Program-made: the position numbers and the translations under genes | Part shown: in pieces, positions 17,116-26,627 of the stretch | Numbering within the stretch: position 1 is the stretch's first letter | Layout: each line of letters begins with the position of its first letter | Notes under the pieces: model-generated | Databases searched by the model: none | The model's input: the letters and a program-made list of their open reading frames with translations, nothing else | Told to the model about the DNA's origin: nothing | Source of the DNA: Caldilineaceae bacterium | GTDB lineage: Bacteria > Chloroflexota > Anaerolineae > Caldilineales > Caldilineaceae | Assembly: GCA_963664085.2 (NCBI GenBank) | Contig: CAXXLO010000002.1 | Span: forward strand, 3,680,290-3,744,289 | Direction of reading: 5' to 3' | DNA length: 64,000 nucleotides

Positions 17116-17987
17116 CGACATGGTCTCCAACGGCCGATCAGGCCAGGCAGTATGAGGAAGACGGGTACTTTATCGTCCGCAACGTCATTCCCCGGGAGAC
17201 GGCCGCGGAACTGCGGGGCGTGATCAAGAACACGGTCCTGATGCCGGAGCCGGACGTGATGGCAGACGCGGACCCGATGGATCCGATGGGCGACTCGGCA
17301 AAGGCGCGCGAGGCGCGTTTTCGCAAGCTGAGCAACTACTGCTTCCGCGCCCCGCTTATCTGGCTCAACGTCCACGGCGGCCCCGCCATCGCGCGCATCG
17401 CAAGCTACTTCCTCGGGGACGACCTCGTTCTCAAATTCAACAGCTGCTTTCTGAAACCGGCCCGCACCGGCAGCGCAACGCCGTGGCACCAGGACAACGG
17501 TCTGTGGCGCGACGAAGATACAGCAGCCTTCAACTTCTGGATGGCGCTCGACCCCGCGACGCGGTCCAACGGCTGTCTGCAGATGATGCCCGGCAGCCAC
17601 AAGGGGGAGATCATCCCGCACGTCCTCTACCCGGACAGCATTCACGGCGAGCTGCCCCGCCACCTGACCGCAGGCATTCAGGACCGCGTCCATCACGTTG
17701 AAATCGGACCGGGCGACATTGTGTGCTGGCACAGCAGCATGTGGCATTACAGCCCGCCCAATCCCAGCGAACAGGGGCGCATTGCCATCGCCGGTGTTTA
17801 CTCAAGTCCGAGCCTCATCGCGTCGAACCCGAAATGGTCTGCCCGTAGATGTCTGTGGGTGAAAAAGAAAGGGGAACTGTGCATGCAGTTTCCACCAGAG
17901 CCTTATCCGCTGGAAGAGGCTGACCTTCATAGACCGTCCCCGTGGCGTGAGGTAGAAGAGCGCCTTGAGGAAGAAGCCGCGGACTGA
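17112..17987 (+). CDS. PhyH family dioxygenase
   Basis: 291 aa with TPWHQDNGLW, FNFWMALDPATRSNGCLQMMPGSHKG and MWHYSPPN. Confidence 0.85.
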   Translation: MTTWSPTADQARQYEEDGYFIVRNVIPRETAAELRGVIKNTVLMPEPDVMADADPMDPMGDSAKAREARFRKLSNYCFRAPLIWLNVHGGPAIARIASYFLGDDLVLKFNSCFLKPARTGSATPWHQDNGLWRDEDTAAFNFWMALDPATRSNGCLQMMPGSHKGEIIPHVLYPDSIHGELPRHLTAGIQDRVHHVEIGPGDIVCWHSSMWHYSPPNPSEQGRIAIAGVYSSPSLIASNPKWSARRCLWVKKKGELCMQFPPEPYPLEEADLHRPSPWREVEERLEEEAAD

Positions 17988-18024
17988 AGTTACGGCAGCG
18001 GCCCGGTCAGATCCGGGGACGACT

Positions 18025-18783
18025 TCAGTTCTCGAACAGCAGGCCGCGGCCAGGCAGGCGCGGCTCCACCCCCATCATCTGCAACGCGTGCCAGCCGGTC
18101 GCCTGATTCGAGGTAACGACCGGCTTCCCTATCTCCTCCTCCAGGTCGCTGATGAAGTCGGCGGTCTTTTGTCCCGTGCAACTGATCAGCACGGCGTCGG
18201 CCTCGGCCACGTCCGACCGGCGGGCGGCCTCGCGGATTGTTTCGGACGGCACAATGCTGTGGTCCTGCAGATAGTGCAGGGGGTTGCTGTTCACGACCTC
18301 GATGCCGCACTCGGCCAGAAAACCGATTAGCGCCCGGTTCACGTCTTCCATGTAGGGCGAGGCGGTCGCAACGCGGCGCACTCCCAGGCGGTGCAGGGCC
18401 TTGACGATGGCGGTGCTGGCGGTCGTGCAGGGCAGCCCGGTGGCCTCCTCAACCCTTTTTTTGAGCGCCTCGTCGCCGGCAACGCCTTGCACAAAGCTGG
18501 CCGTCGTGCAGTAGTAGGCGAAAACGGTCGGCTGCAGGCGCATCAACCTGGCGGCGGCGGCTTCTATGTCCCCATTTTCGGCCAGCCAGACGCCCAGTTC
18601 CACGCTGCTGCCATCAGAAAGCTCTGCGTCCTCCGGAAACATGGGCACATGGGTCCGCGCCGACACCATCGGCACGTGCTGCGGCAGATACTTGCGGATC
18701 TCGTCGAGCATCCGGTTGATGTCGTGATCCAGCCACATATCGTCCGGATAGATCGCCCCCAGCGTCTGGTGCTTTTGCGGCAT
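18025..18783 (-). CDS. Asp/Glu racemase superfamily protein (maleate isomerase / arylmalonate decarboxylase-like)
   Basis: 252 aa with two Cys-containing half-site motifs (YYCTTASF and LISCTGQKT) and VVTSNQA. Confidence 0.7.
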   Translation of the reverse strand: MPQKHQTLGAIYPDDMWLDHDINRMLDEIRKYLPQHVPMVSARTHVPMFPEDAELSDGSSVELGVWLAENGDIEAAAARLMRLQPTVFAYYCTTASFVQGVAGDEALKKRVEEATGLPCTTASTAIVKALHRLGVRRVATASPYMEDVNRALIGFLAECGIEVVNSNPLHYLQDHSIVPSETIREAARRSDVAEADAVLISCTGQKTADFISDLEEEIGKPVVTSNQATGWHALQMMGVEPRLPGRGLLFEN

Positions 18784-18863
18784 CCTCTTTTCTCCCTTTG
18801 CCTCGCTAAACCCCTTGGGCAGCCGGGTGTAGTGCGGCCACGTCGGAGCTCATCCGCAGTGGT

Positions 18864-19760
18864 TCACCCTTCCAGATCGTCGGCCACGACGGGATTACTC
18901 AAGATGCCGACCTCCTCGATTTCCAGCTCGACGGTGTCTCCCGGCTTGAGGCCGGGCGGATGCACGGGGGTGCCCGTGGCGATGATGTCTCCCGGCTCCA
19001 AGGTCATGTAGCGGCTGATATATTCGATCAGCACGGGAACCTGAAAGAGCATCGTGTTCGTATTAGCGTGTGCGATCTCTTCTCCATTTACGCGCATCGT
19101 CATGGCCAGGTTGTGGGGATCGCTGATCGCGCCGGGCAGGACGACGTGCGGCCCGATGGGCGTGAAGGTGTCGACGCCCTTTGTGTAGGACCAGGGACGC
19201 TGCACCTCGAAGGCAACATTTTGGAGGTCACGCGCGGTCACGTCATTGAGGAGAGTGTAGCCGGCGACGTACTCGTCCGCATCCGCCCGCGAAATGTGGC
19301 TGCCCTGCTTGCCGATGATGACGGTCAGCTCGATTTCCGGCTCCACCACGTTGAGGCCGCGGCGGAAGACGATTGGCTCGCCGGGTCCGATGATGGAAGA
19401 GGTCGGCTTGAAGAAGAGGGGCGGCTCATCGGGGTCTTCCTCGCCGGGATGGGTGAAGTTTCCGCCCAGCGCGATCAGCTTGCCCGGCTGAGGAATCGGG
19501 GTACGCAGCGCGGGGTCGGTGACAGTGAAGGCGGCATTGAGATGATGCTCATAGACAAACATCATGGTAGCACTGAAGGTCTCGGCGTTGAACAGGCCCG
19601 CCTTCATCAGCGCAACCATGTCAGTGAACAGCTGCGGGTTTTCGTCGCCGTGCTGGATCAACTGTTGCGCCTGATAGGCGCGCGAGAAGTCCAGCATTCC
19701 GAAATCGGTTACAATGCCGACGTAGGTGTGGTCATCGTGTGCAAAGAGGGCGATTCTCAT
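18864..19760 (-). CDS. Fumarylacetoacetate hydrolase (FAH) family protein
   Basis: 298 aa with PLFFKPTSSIIGPGEPI, EPEIELTVIIGK, GYTLLNDVTARDLQ and PGDIIATGTP. Confidence 0.85.
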   Translation of the reverse strand: MRIALFAHDDHTYVGIVTDFGMLDFSRAYQAQQLIQHGDENPQLFTDMVALMKAGLFNAETFSATMMFVYEHHLNAAFTVTDPALRTPIPQPGKLIALGGNFTHPGEEDPDEPPLFFKPTSSIIGPGEPIVFRRGLNVVEPEIELTVIIGKQGSHISRADADEYVAGYTLLNDVTARDLQNVAFEVQRPWSYTKGVDTFTPIGPHVVLPGAISDPHNLAMTMRVNGEEIAHANTNTMLFQVPVLIEYISRYMTLEPGDIIATGTPVHPPGLKPGDTVELEIEEVGILSNPVVADDLEG

Positions 19761-19823
19761 GGATTCAAGCCTCCGGAATCCTGTGGTGTGTTGACCGTCA
19801 AGGCCAGGCGCTCGTTCACAGTT

Positions 19824-20918
19824 TTATCTCCCTTTTATCTCCCTGCGATATATTGTGACGGCCTCCTGCTCGCGGAAGCCCAGCTGTTGGTATAGCGGCA
19901 GGGCTTTGTGGTTCTGACTGTCCATATCGAGTTCGACGCGTTTGAAGCCGTTTTCGCGGAGCCGTCGCAATGCCTCCAGCATCAGACAGGTTCCGAGGCC
20001 GCGACGTCTGAATTGAGGCGGGACGCCAAGAATGTGGAGATGGGCGAGGCCCTTTTCTCTCGGATTGAGGCTGGGGGCGCAATGGCAGATGCCGGCGAAA
20101 GCGCCGTCCGCCTCGGCCACAACGCTGATCTGCTTGCGGAAACGGGGCGAGGCGGCGTGTCGAGACCAGCTTTCGCGGGAGTAGGAAAAGCCGCCCCAGT
20201 GGTCGGAAAAGGATGCGTTGAAGGCCGCAATCCAGGCCGGCGCATCCTCCGACCGGTATGCGCGCAGCGATAATCGGCTGGGAAGGCGCACTCCCGACTC
20301 GGGGGGCCAGGTCAGTTTTTCCAGCTCGCAGGCCATGATCGCAAAGGTTCGGACGGCCTGGAAACCGGCCCGGCCAAGCGCGGCCATGACTTTCGTGTCC
20401 TCACGCAAGCCGCGCGCCTCTACATGGGAGACGGCGGGGGCGCCGTCTGCGCCTGCGCGGCGCGTCCCCTTTGAGGCCAGATGCCGGATGCGGTCCAGGC
20501 CCGCCTGAACTATGCCGTCGAGCGCTACGTTACTCCGTTTGGCGGGATCGACCACCCAGTCGAGCATCCAGGACGCGTCGGAGCCGGCCGGGATGACGGT
20601 TACGCAGGCATCGATGGCAGGGCCGTCTACAGAAGGGCCGTCTGTAGCAGGGCCGTCTTCAGAAGCGCCGTCTGCGGCGACAAGGAGCAGCCGACCGACG
20701 TCTGCCAGGCGGCCGCCGAGCCGACTGCTCAGTTCACTGCGGGTCAGGCCGCGCTCTAGGCCGAGAGGGTAGCGCGGCGCGAACGGGAACAGGGGGAACT
20801 GGTCTGCCGGGTCGGGAGCCAGGGCGCGGGCCACACGGTCATGGGAGTCGGCCCGTTCGAACAGGCGGCCCAGGGCCGGCAGGTCGCGGTCGCCGTAGTC
20901 TCGAAAGCGGCCGTTCAC
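19824..20918 (-). CDS. GNAT family N-acetyltransferase (two-domain, MshD-like)
   Basis: The ORF is open to 21032; I prefer GTG 20918, which follows GGGAGA. The C-terminal GNAT motif is HLHILGVPPQFRRRGLGTCLMLEAL. The start is uncertain. Confidence 0.7.
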   Translation of the reverse strand: MNGRFRDYGDRDLPALGRLFERADSHDRVARALAPDPADQFPLFPFAPRYPLGLERGLTRSELSSRLGGRLADVGRLLLVAADGASEDGPATDGPSVDGPAIDACVTVIPAGSDASWMLDWVVDPAKRSNVALDGIVQAGLDRIRHLASKGTRRAGADGAPAVSHVEARGLREDTKVMAALGRAGFQAVRTFAIMACELEKLTWPPESGVRLPSRLSLRAYRSEDAPAWIAAFNASFSDHWGGFSYSRESWSRHAASPRFRKQISVVAEADGAFAGICHCAPSLNPREKGLAHLHILGVPPQFRRRGLGTCLMLEALRRLRENGFKRVELDMDSQNHKALPLYQQLGFREQEAVTIYRREIKGR

Positions 20919-21050
20919 AGTCGTTCTCCCACTTGCTCCCCTGCTTGCTCCCCTATTTGCTCCCCGAACAGTGCAAACAGATGGCCGAATCCGCAGTGCC
21001 CAAGGGCTGGACCACGCAGCCGCGCGTGGCATTCCTTGAGCGCGGTATTC

Positions 21051-22451
21051 CTAGAGCGAGGCTTCCACCGCGGAGAGGCTTTCGTTCAGGGCCTCGATGG
21101 CGCAATCGAGCTGTTCCTGCGTGATGACAAGCGGGGGCGACATTTTGAGGACGTTGTGGTAGGAGCCGCCGTAGTTGGTGGCGATGATGCCCCGCTGCAG
21201 GAGACCGTCGACCACGCGCGCGCCCTCTTCGGTGGCCGGTTCACGCGTCTCTCGATCCTTAACGAACTCCACGCCGACCATCATGCCCAGGCCGCGCACT
21301 TCGCCGATGAGATGGTGCTCCTGCTGCAGCTCCTGCAGCCGCGACATGAAGTAGGCGCCCAACTCGGCGCCGCGCTGCACGAGGTTCTTCTCCTCGATCT
21401 CCGCCAGTGAAGCCAGCGCGGCCGCGCAGCCCACCGGGTTGCCCAGGAAGGTGCTCGTGTGCATCATCGGCCCCCAGGCGTCGGCGACCTCCTCGGACAT
21501 GATGGTAGCCGAGATGGGGAAACCGCTGGCCAGGCCCTTGCCCACGACCATGATGTCAGGCACGACGTCGAATTCATCCATGCCGAACCAGTTGCCGGTG
21601 CGCCCGAATCCGGTGATGATTTCGTCGGCGATGAGGATGATGCCGTGCTCGTCACACAGGCGCCGCACCGTCTGCACGAATTTTTTGGGCGGGACAATCC
21701 AGCCGCCGTGCCCCTGGACTGGTTCCATGATGATGGCGGCGACGTCGGCCACGCCGGAGTCCGGCATGGTCAGCACGTGTTCCAAGTAGCCGCCGTCGCA
21801 GAAGAAACAGTCGTCGCCGTCGGAGTGCGTCGGGCAGCGATAGGGATAGGCGTAGGGCACGTGCGTCGTATCGGCCAGCATGTTCTGGAAGGGGGCGCGG
21901 TAGTAGTTCTGCGAGGAGACCGACAGGGCGCCGGTCGTCTTGCCGTGAAACCCGCCCTGGAAAGCGATGATCTTGTGCTTGCCGGTAAAGATGCGGGCCG
22001 TTTTGAGGGCAGTTTCCACGGCCTCGGCGCCGGTGTTGGCGATATGTGAGACCGACAGCTGCCCGGGGGCCCGGTGGGACAGTTTCTCGGCCAGCTCGAC
22101 CCGGTTGCGGTTGGGATTCACGCCGCCCTGGCTGTGCATCATGGTCTCCGACTGCTTCGCGATTGCCTGGACGATGCGGGGGTTGCTGTGGCCCGCGGTG
22201 GCCACGCAGAAGCCGGCCGTCAGGTCCACATAGACATTGCCGTCGGCATCCTCGATGTTGGCGCCGCGCGTGCGCTCCCAGAAGACCGGCGTCTGCCCGC
22301 GTGGAATCACGGAGCTGGTCGGGGGTTCGACCTTGGCGAGCCGTTCGGTCAGCCTGCGCGACTGCGGGCCGGGCGGGGGGGTAACAATCGCAGGCAGGGC
22401 AGTTCCGTCCTCCAGGGCCTGCAGGTCTGCGTTGGAAGAGTAGGTTTGCAT
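21051..22451 (-). CDS. Class III (omega) aminotransferase
   Basis: 466 aa with GANIEDADGNVYVDL, GHSNPRIV, IMEPVQGHGG, LIADEIITGFGRTG and the PLP-binding Lys in DIMVVGKGLASG. Confidence 0.9.
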   Translation of the reverse strand: MQTYSSNADLQALEDGTALPAIVTPPPGPQSRRLTERLAKVEPPTSSVIPRGQTPVFWERTRGANIEDADGNVYVDLTAGFCVATAGHSNPRIVQAIAKQSETMMHSQGGVNPNRNRVELAEKLSHRAPGQLSVSHIANTGAEAVETALKTARIFTGKHKIIAFQGGFHGKTTGALSVSSQNYYRAPFQNMLADTTHVPYAYPYRCPTHSDGDDCFFCDGGYLEHVLTMPDSGVADVAAIIMEPVQGHGGWIVPPKKFVQTVRRLCDEHGIILIADEIITGFGRTGNWFGMDEFDVVPDIMVVGKGLASGFPISATIMSEEVADAWGPMMHTSTFLGNPVGCAAALASLAEIEEKNLVQRGAELGAYFMSRLQELQQEHHLIGEVRGLGMMVGVEFVKDRETREPATEEGARVVDGLLQRGIIATNYGGSYHNVLKMSPPLVITQEQLDCAIEALNESLSAVEASL

Positions 22452-22537
22452 TCTGGATCTCCTGTGCGACGGTGGCCGGTCAGCCGGGGCGAGAGGCTGT
22501 TTGCGGCCGGAGTACGAGGCTTGCGGCAGCCTGTCCG

Positions 22538-23026
22538 CTATGAACCGCCGGAGCCGCCCACGCGTTTGATCACCATGCGTTCGCCCACGAATCCCTCGCG
22601 CCAGATGCTTTCACAGGCAGCGGCCAGGCCTTCGAGGTTTTCCGTAACGGTGGCGAACAGGTTGCCGGGCATGAAGCCGGCCGGGCCGAGCAGAAGGTTG
22701 TTGCGGCCATAGAAGAGCGCGATGTCGATAAAGGGCTGGCCGGTGCGCCTATCGGGCGGAATGTCGATCGAGGCAGCGTCGACCTCGAAATAGAGGAGAT
22801 CTCCGCCGACGGGCATGATTGTGGCGTTCTCCCTGCCGGGATCGGATTCGAGAGGCGGAACCAGGGTGTAGACTTCCCGGCCTGCCCAGCGGGCGTGATA
22901 GGCGTCTCCCTCCAGCGGAAGCGCGTTCCAAACGGCGTCGCAGGTGAGGGGCGCCTCCGCGTCCAGCAGGGTTGCAACCCCGCGGACGTTGCGCTTGGTG
23001 AATGAGATTTCGATTTGGCGTGCCAT
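22538..23026 (-). CDS. DUF3830 (cyclophilin-like) family protein
   Basis: 162 aa. The pattern ATLLDAEAPLTCDAVWNALP...HARWAGREVY fits what I recall of DUF3830. Confidence 0.5.
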   Translation of the reverse strand: MARQIEISFTKRNVRGVATLLDAEAPLTCDAVWNALPLEGDAYHARWAGREVYTLVPPLESDPGRENATIMPVGGDLLYFEVDAASIDIPPDRRTGQPFIDIALFYGRNNLLLGPAGFMPGNLFATVTENLEGLAAACESIWREGFVGERMVIKRVGGSGGS

Positions 23027-23235
23027 GAACTGTGGCTCCTGGCTGAATTCCCGGATTAGCGCCGTGCGGCGGAAACGGCTCTGTCTCGACTACAGGGCGA
23101 CCCATCCTTCTCTGTTATTTGCCTGCGAGCATTCGGCCCTATCTCGACCGGCATTTGGGGTAACTTAACACAGTTTATCGGAACGCAAAAGAGCGAAAAC
23201 AGAGGGAGATCCTTCATTTCCAGGGCGGCGCCCGG

Positions 23236-24231
23236 CTATGAAGCGCGTACGGCAAAACGCGGATTCACATCCGGATTGACCAGGTTAAGCGGCAGGCGGC
23301 CCTGCAGCACGCGCGCCACCTCCTGCACGGCCTTCACGCGCACGTCACGGAAGGCCTGCTCGGAATACCAGGCGACGTGCGCGGTCACCAGGATGCGATC
23401 GGTGCGGTGGAGCGGATGGTCCGGCGGGGGCGGCTCTTCGTCAATCACATCTACGGCTGCGCCCGCGATCCGGTCGGTCTCGACGGCATGGAGCAGAGCA
23501 GTGGAGTCCACTATGGCGCCGCGGGCCGTATTCACCAGAAAGGCGGTGGGCTTCATTTTGGCCAGCGCGCGGGCGTCGATCATTCCCTGCGTCTCTTCAG
23601 TCAGAGGCAGGTGCAGAGAGACAAAGTCCGATTCGGCCAGGAGCGTTTCGAAGTCAGCGGGTTCGGCGCCGCCGCGTCGTATCTCGTCGTCATCCAGATA
23701 GGGATCCCAGGCCAGCAGGCGCCAGTCAAAGCCGGCGGCCTTGCGTGCGACGGAGCGGCCGATGCGGCCGAATCCAATGATGCCCAGGGTACGCCCCGCG
23801 CTGCGCTGAATCGGGTACGGGGGCTTGGGCTGCCAGCGGCCGCCGCGCACAGCGGCCGCCTCGGCGTCGACGTAGCGGATGGCGTTCAACAGTAAGGCCA
23901 TGGCGTGCGTCGCGACCTCGTCAGTGCCGTAGTCGGGCACGTTGGCAACGCAAACGCCGGCCGCGGTTGCCGCGTCGATATCGATATTGTCCACGCCGAC
24001 GGATGGTTTGACGATGGCCAGGCAGTGGGGCAGACGCGAGAGCAGCTCGGCATCGATCTGCACATTTCCCACGAGGAGAGCAACGGCATCCTTTGCGGCC
24101 TGCGCCAGTTGTTCCCGGTTCCGGCAGGGGCGCTTGACCAGCTCGACGTTAAACGGGGCCAGGACCTCTTTTTCGGTGTCCAGGCCGGGAAAGATGTTGG
24201 ATGTAACGACGACGGTGCGCGTTCCGCTCAT
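23236..24231 (-). CDS. D-isomer-specific 2-hydroxyacid dehydrogenase
   Basis: 331 aa with the NAD fold GIIGFGRIGRSVARK and the catalytic region NTARG...D...TAHVAW. Confidence 0.9.
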   Translation of the reverse strand: MSGTRTVVVTSNIFPGLDTEKEVLAPFNVELVKRPCRNREQLAQAAKDAVALLVGNVQIDAELLSRLPHCLAIVKPSVGVDNIDIDAATAAGVCVANVPDYGTDEVATHAMALLLNAIRYVDAEAAAVRGGRWQPKPPYPIQRSAGRTLGIIGFGRIGRSVARKAAGFDWRLLAWDPYLDDDEIRRGGAEPADFETLLAESDFVSLHLPLTEETQGMIDARALAKMKPTAFLVNTARGAIVDSTALLHAVETDRIAGAAVDVIDEEPPPPDHPLHRTDRILVTAHVAWYSEQAFRDVRVKAVQEVARVLQGRLPLNLVNPDVNPRFAVRAS

Positions 24232-25406
24232 TTGCTTGACTCCGCAACGCCCAGGTAGGCGAGGATGGCGTGAATGTAAACCTTGGCGGCGCGCACGACC
24301 TGGGCCAGCTCAACGCGCTCGTGGTCGGAGTGGGCGGTCAGGTAGCTGGCGCCGTAGTAGAGCGCGGGGACATGCGCCAGATGCACGAAGTGAGGAACGT
24401 TGGCGGCGGCCCTGGTGCCCGCAAGCGGCAGCTTCTCACCGGTTACCTGCTGATGGGAGTGAAGAAGCGCCTTTGCCAGCTTTTCGTTTTCGTCAACACG
24501 GTAGCCCTCGATCCCGTCCAGCCAGACTTCGACTTCTGCGCCGCTCTCCGCCTGGAGCCGGTGGGCCAGTTGCGAGAACTCCGCGCGTATCTCGTCCAGA
24601 CTGCACCCCGGGCCAAAGCGGCGCGTGCCGCCGATAACGCAGGCGGCCGGCATGCGGTTGAAATAGTCACCCCCCTGAAACCGCCCGATGAAGATCGATT
24701 CGGCTCCCAAATAGGGGTGTTGAATGCGGGCGAGTTCCGCCGCTTTTTCCTGCAGCAGCTGCACAGCCCGGTGCCCGGCCATCAGCGCGTGGGGTGCCCC
24801 CGCCGCGGCCACGGTCTCGTGGATGCCCTCTTCGTCCCCCGCAATCCTTATTTCCCAGAAGACGAGGCCCATGCCGGTAATGGGGAGGTCCTTGCCGCCG
24901 AGCTCGGTGACGATCACCGCGTCGCCGTGAACACCCGTTTCGATGAGAGAGATCAGCGTCTCATTGGTGGCGCTTTCGTGGCGCCCATGCGCGGTCAACA
25001 ACAGGTCGCCTTGCAGCTGAACGCCGGCCTCGCACAGGATGCGAGCGGCCTCCGCCATCGCGGCCAGAGACGCCTTCATGTCCTCTGATCCGCGCCCGTG
25101 GATGTACCCTGCCTCGAACCGGGGCTCCGGCCCCGGCAGGTCAACCGTATCGGTATGGCCGTCGAGCTGCAGCGTAGGTCCGCCGTTGCCGCCCCGCAGC
25201 CAGGCCACGACGCTGGGGCTGTCGGGAAACTCGCTGTCCAGCTCCACATCCAGCCCGGCCGCCCGCAGCTCGGCGGCGTAGAACTCGGAAACGGCCCGCT
25301 CCCGGCCCGGCGGGCTGGGAATGCGCACCATGTCCAAGGTGAGCTGCATAATCCTGTGGGCGTCAACCTTTGCGGCCAGGGAGGCAGCCAGACTATCAGT
25401 GTCCAC
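24228..25406 (-). CDS. M20 family metallohydrolase (ArgE/DapE/acylase-like)
   Basis: 392 aa with LDGHTDTV and GRGSEDMK. The GTG start overlaps the PhyH stop (TGAGTG), and the stop overlaps the next start. Confidence 0.85.
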   Translation of the reverse strand: MDTDSLAASLAAKVDAHRIMQLTLDMVRIPSPPGRERAVSEFYAAELRAAGLDVELDSEFPDSPSVVAWLRGGNGGPTLQLDGHTDTVDLPGPEPRFEAGYIHGRGSEDMKASLAAMAEAARILCEAGVQLQGDLLLTAHGRHESATNETLISLIETGVHGDAVIVTELGGKDLPITGMGLVFWEIRIAGDEEGIHETVAAAGAPHALMAGHRAVQLLQEKAAELARIQHPYLGAESIFIGRFQGGDYFNRMPAACVIGGTRRFGPGCSLDEIRAEFSQLAHRLQAESGAEVEVWLDGIEGYRVDENEKLAKALLHSHQQVTGEKLPLAGTRAAANVPHFVHLAHVPALYYGASYLTAHSDHERVELAQVVRAAKVYIHAILAYLGVAESSK

Positions 25407-26219
25407 TCAGGCCTCCACCCAGTGTTCGAACAGCGGCTGTACACCGGCAGGCAAGGCCGCCAAGACTTCCGGCTTCACAGGCTCGACTTCGTTTTCCTTG
25501 AGGCCAGTCGCCTCCATCTGCCGCGCCCGTTCGCCGGAACCCGGCCTCAGCCCGTTCAGGTTCAGCCACCAGGGCGCGAAGCGGATGGCCATCGCCACGC
25601 GGGCGCTTTCGGTGCGGTTGGCGCCGGCCGCGTGCCACATGCGGCTATCCATGACGAGCACGCTGCCGGCATCGCCGGTTGCCTGAATCTCCGTCGGATA
25701 GGGGGCGTCCTCATCGTGGCTGCAACTCTCGGCGCTGGGGTTCGTTTCCATGCGGTGGCTGCCGGGGACGATGATGGTGGCGCCGTTCTCCAGACTAAAG
25801 GGCGACAGCATCCACAGCGTGGTGAAGTGGGCGACGATGTCGGGATAGGGGGCGGGAATGTGCCCGGCATTGCGCTGGTTAAAGGGCCAGTCGGCGTGCA
25901 GGCCGCCGCGAACGTTGCCGGGATAGTTGATCATCGCCGAGGTAAAGGATACGCGGACGTTCGGACCCAGGGCAGCCCTGACGAGCTCAATGAAGGCGGG
26001 CGTCACCAGATAGGGCGCAAAGGACTGATCGTAGTTGATCAGTCCGGTACGATGGCCGATGTTGGCCGGCGCGTCGGGCCGCCGGTGCCGGAGCGTGGCC
26101 GCGGCCACACTATCACGCACGACCGGCACTTCCTTTTCGGGAATGACGTTTCGCACAACGCACCAGCCGTCCAGCTTCAGATGCAGAAGTTGCTCTTCCA
26201 GAGTCGGCTCTGATGGCAT
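25407..26219 (-). CDS. PhyH family dioxygenase
   Basis: 270 aa with GGLHADWPF, IIVPGSHRME and RMWHAAGANRT. It is the first gene of the minus-strand operon. Confidence 0.8.
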   Translation of the reverse strand: MPSEPTLEEQLLHLKLDGWCVVRNVIPEKEVPVVRDSVAAATLRHRRPDAPANIGHRTGLINYDQSFAPYLVTPAFIELVRAALGPNVRVSFTSAMINYPGNVRGGLHADWPFNQRNAGHIPAPYPDIVAHFTTLWMLSPFSLENGATIIVPGSHRMETNPSAESCSHDEDAPYPTEIQATGDAGSVLVMDSRMWHAAGANRTESARVAMAIRFAPWWLNLNGLRPGSGERARQMEATGLKENEVEPVKPEVLAALPAGVQPLFEHWVEA

Positions 26220-26420
26220 CGCGTGTTCCCTTTCCCGTTGGTCCGGCGTCGCCTGGGTTTCAGCGTTCCGCCCCGGTTGGGGCTGTGAAGGAAGATTTAC
26301 TCGAAGTCCCTGTTTCTATAGTGAGGATTATACCATTGCGGCGGATTGACGGCAGTTTTTGGTTTTGGGTTTTTGGTACTGCGGCGATTTAGGGGCGTTG
26401 TGTGAGAGAGTGTGAGAGTT

Positions 26421-26568
26421 TGGGGGGAAAATGGGGAAAATGGGGGGGGTGGGGGCGGGTTGGGGTGGGGCGGCGGGGGGCGCGAGAGGGGCTATGGGCG
26501 GGGGATGGGGGGCGCGAGGGGGGTCTTGGGGCGGATTTGCGGTTTTGGGGGTGGGTTGCGGGCAGGGG
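26421..26568 (+). repeat. Extremely G-rich, C-poor intergenic tract (C-rich on the minus strand)
   Basis: More than a dozen G3-G8 runs, e.g. GGGGGGAAAATGGGGAAAATGGGGGGGGTGGGGGCGGGTTGGGGTGGGG. It is flanked by a GT-rich lead-in starting at about 26340. Confidence 0.85.
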
Positions 26569-26627
26569 TATACAGCTGCCGCCCGATGGGCGCAGCCGTG
26601 CTTGTTATATTATATTTGTTTGTTGCA

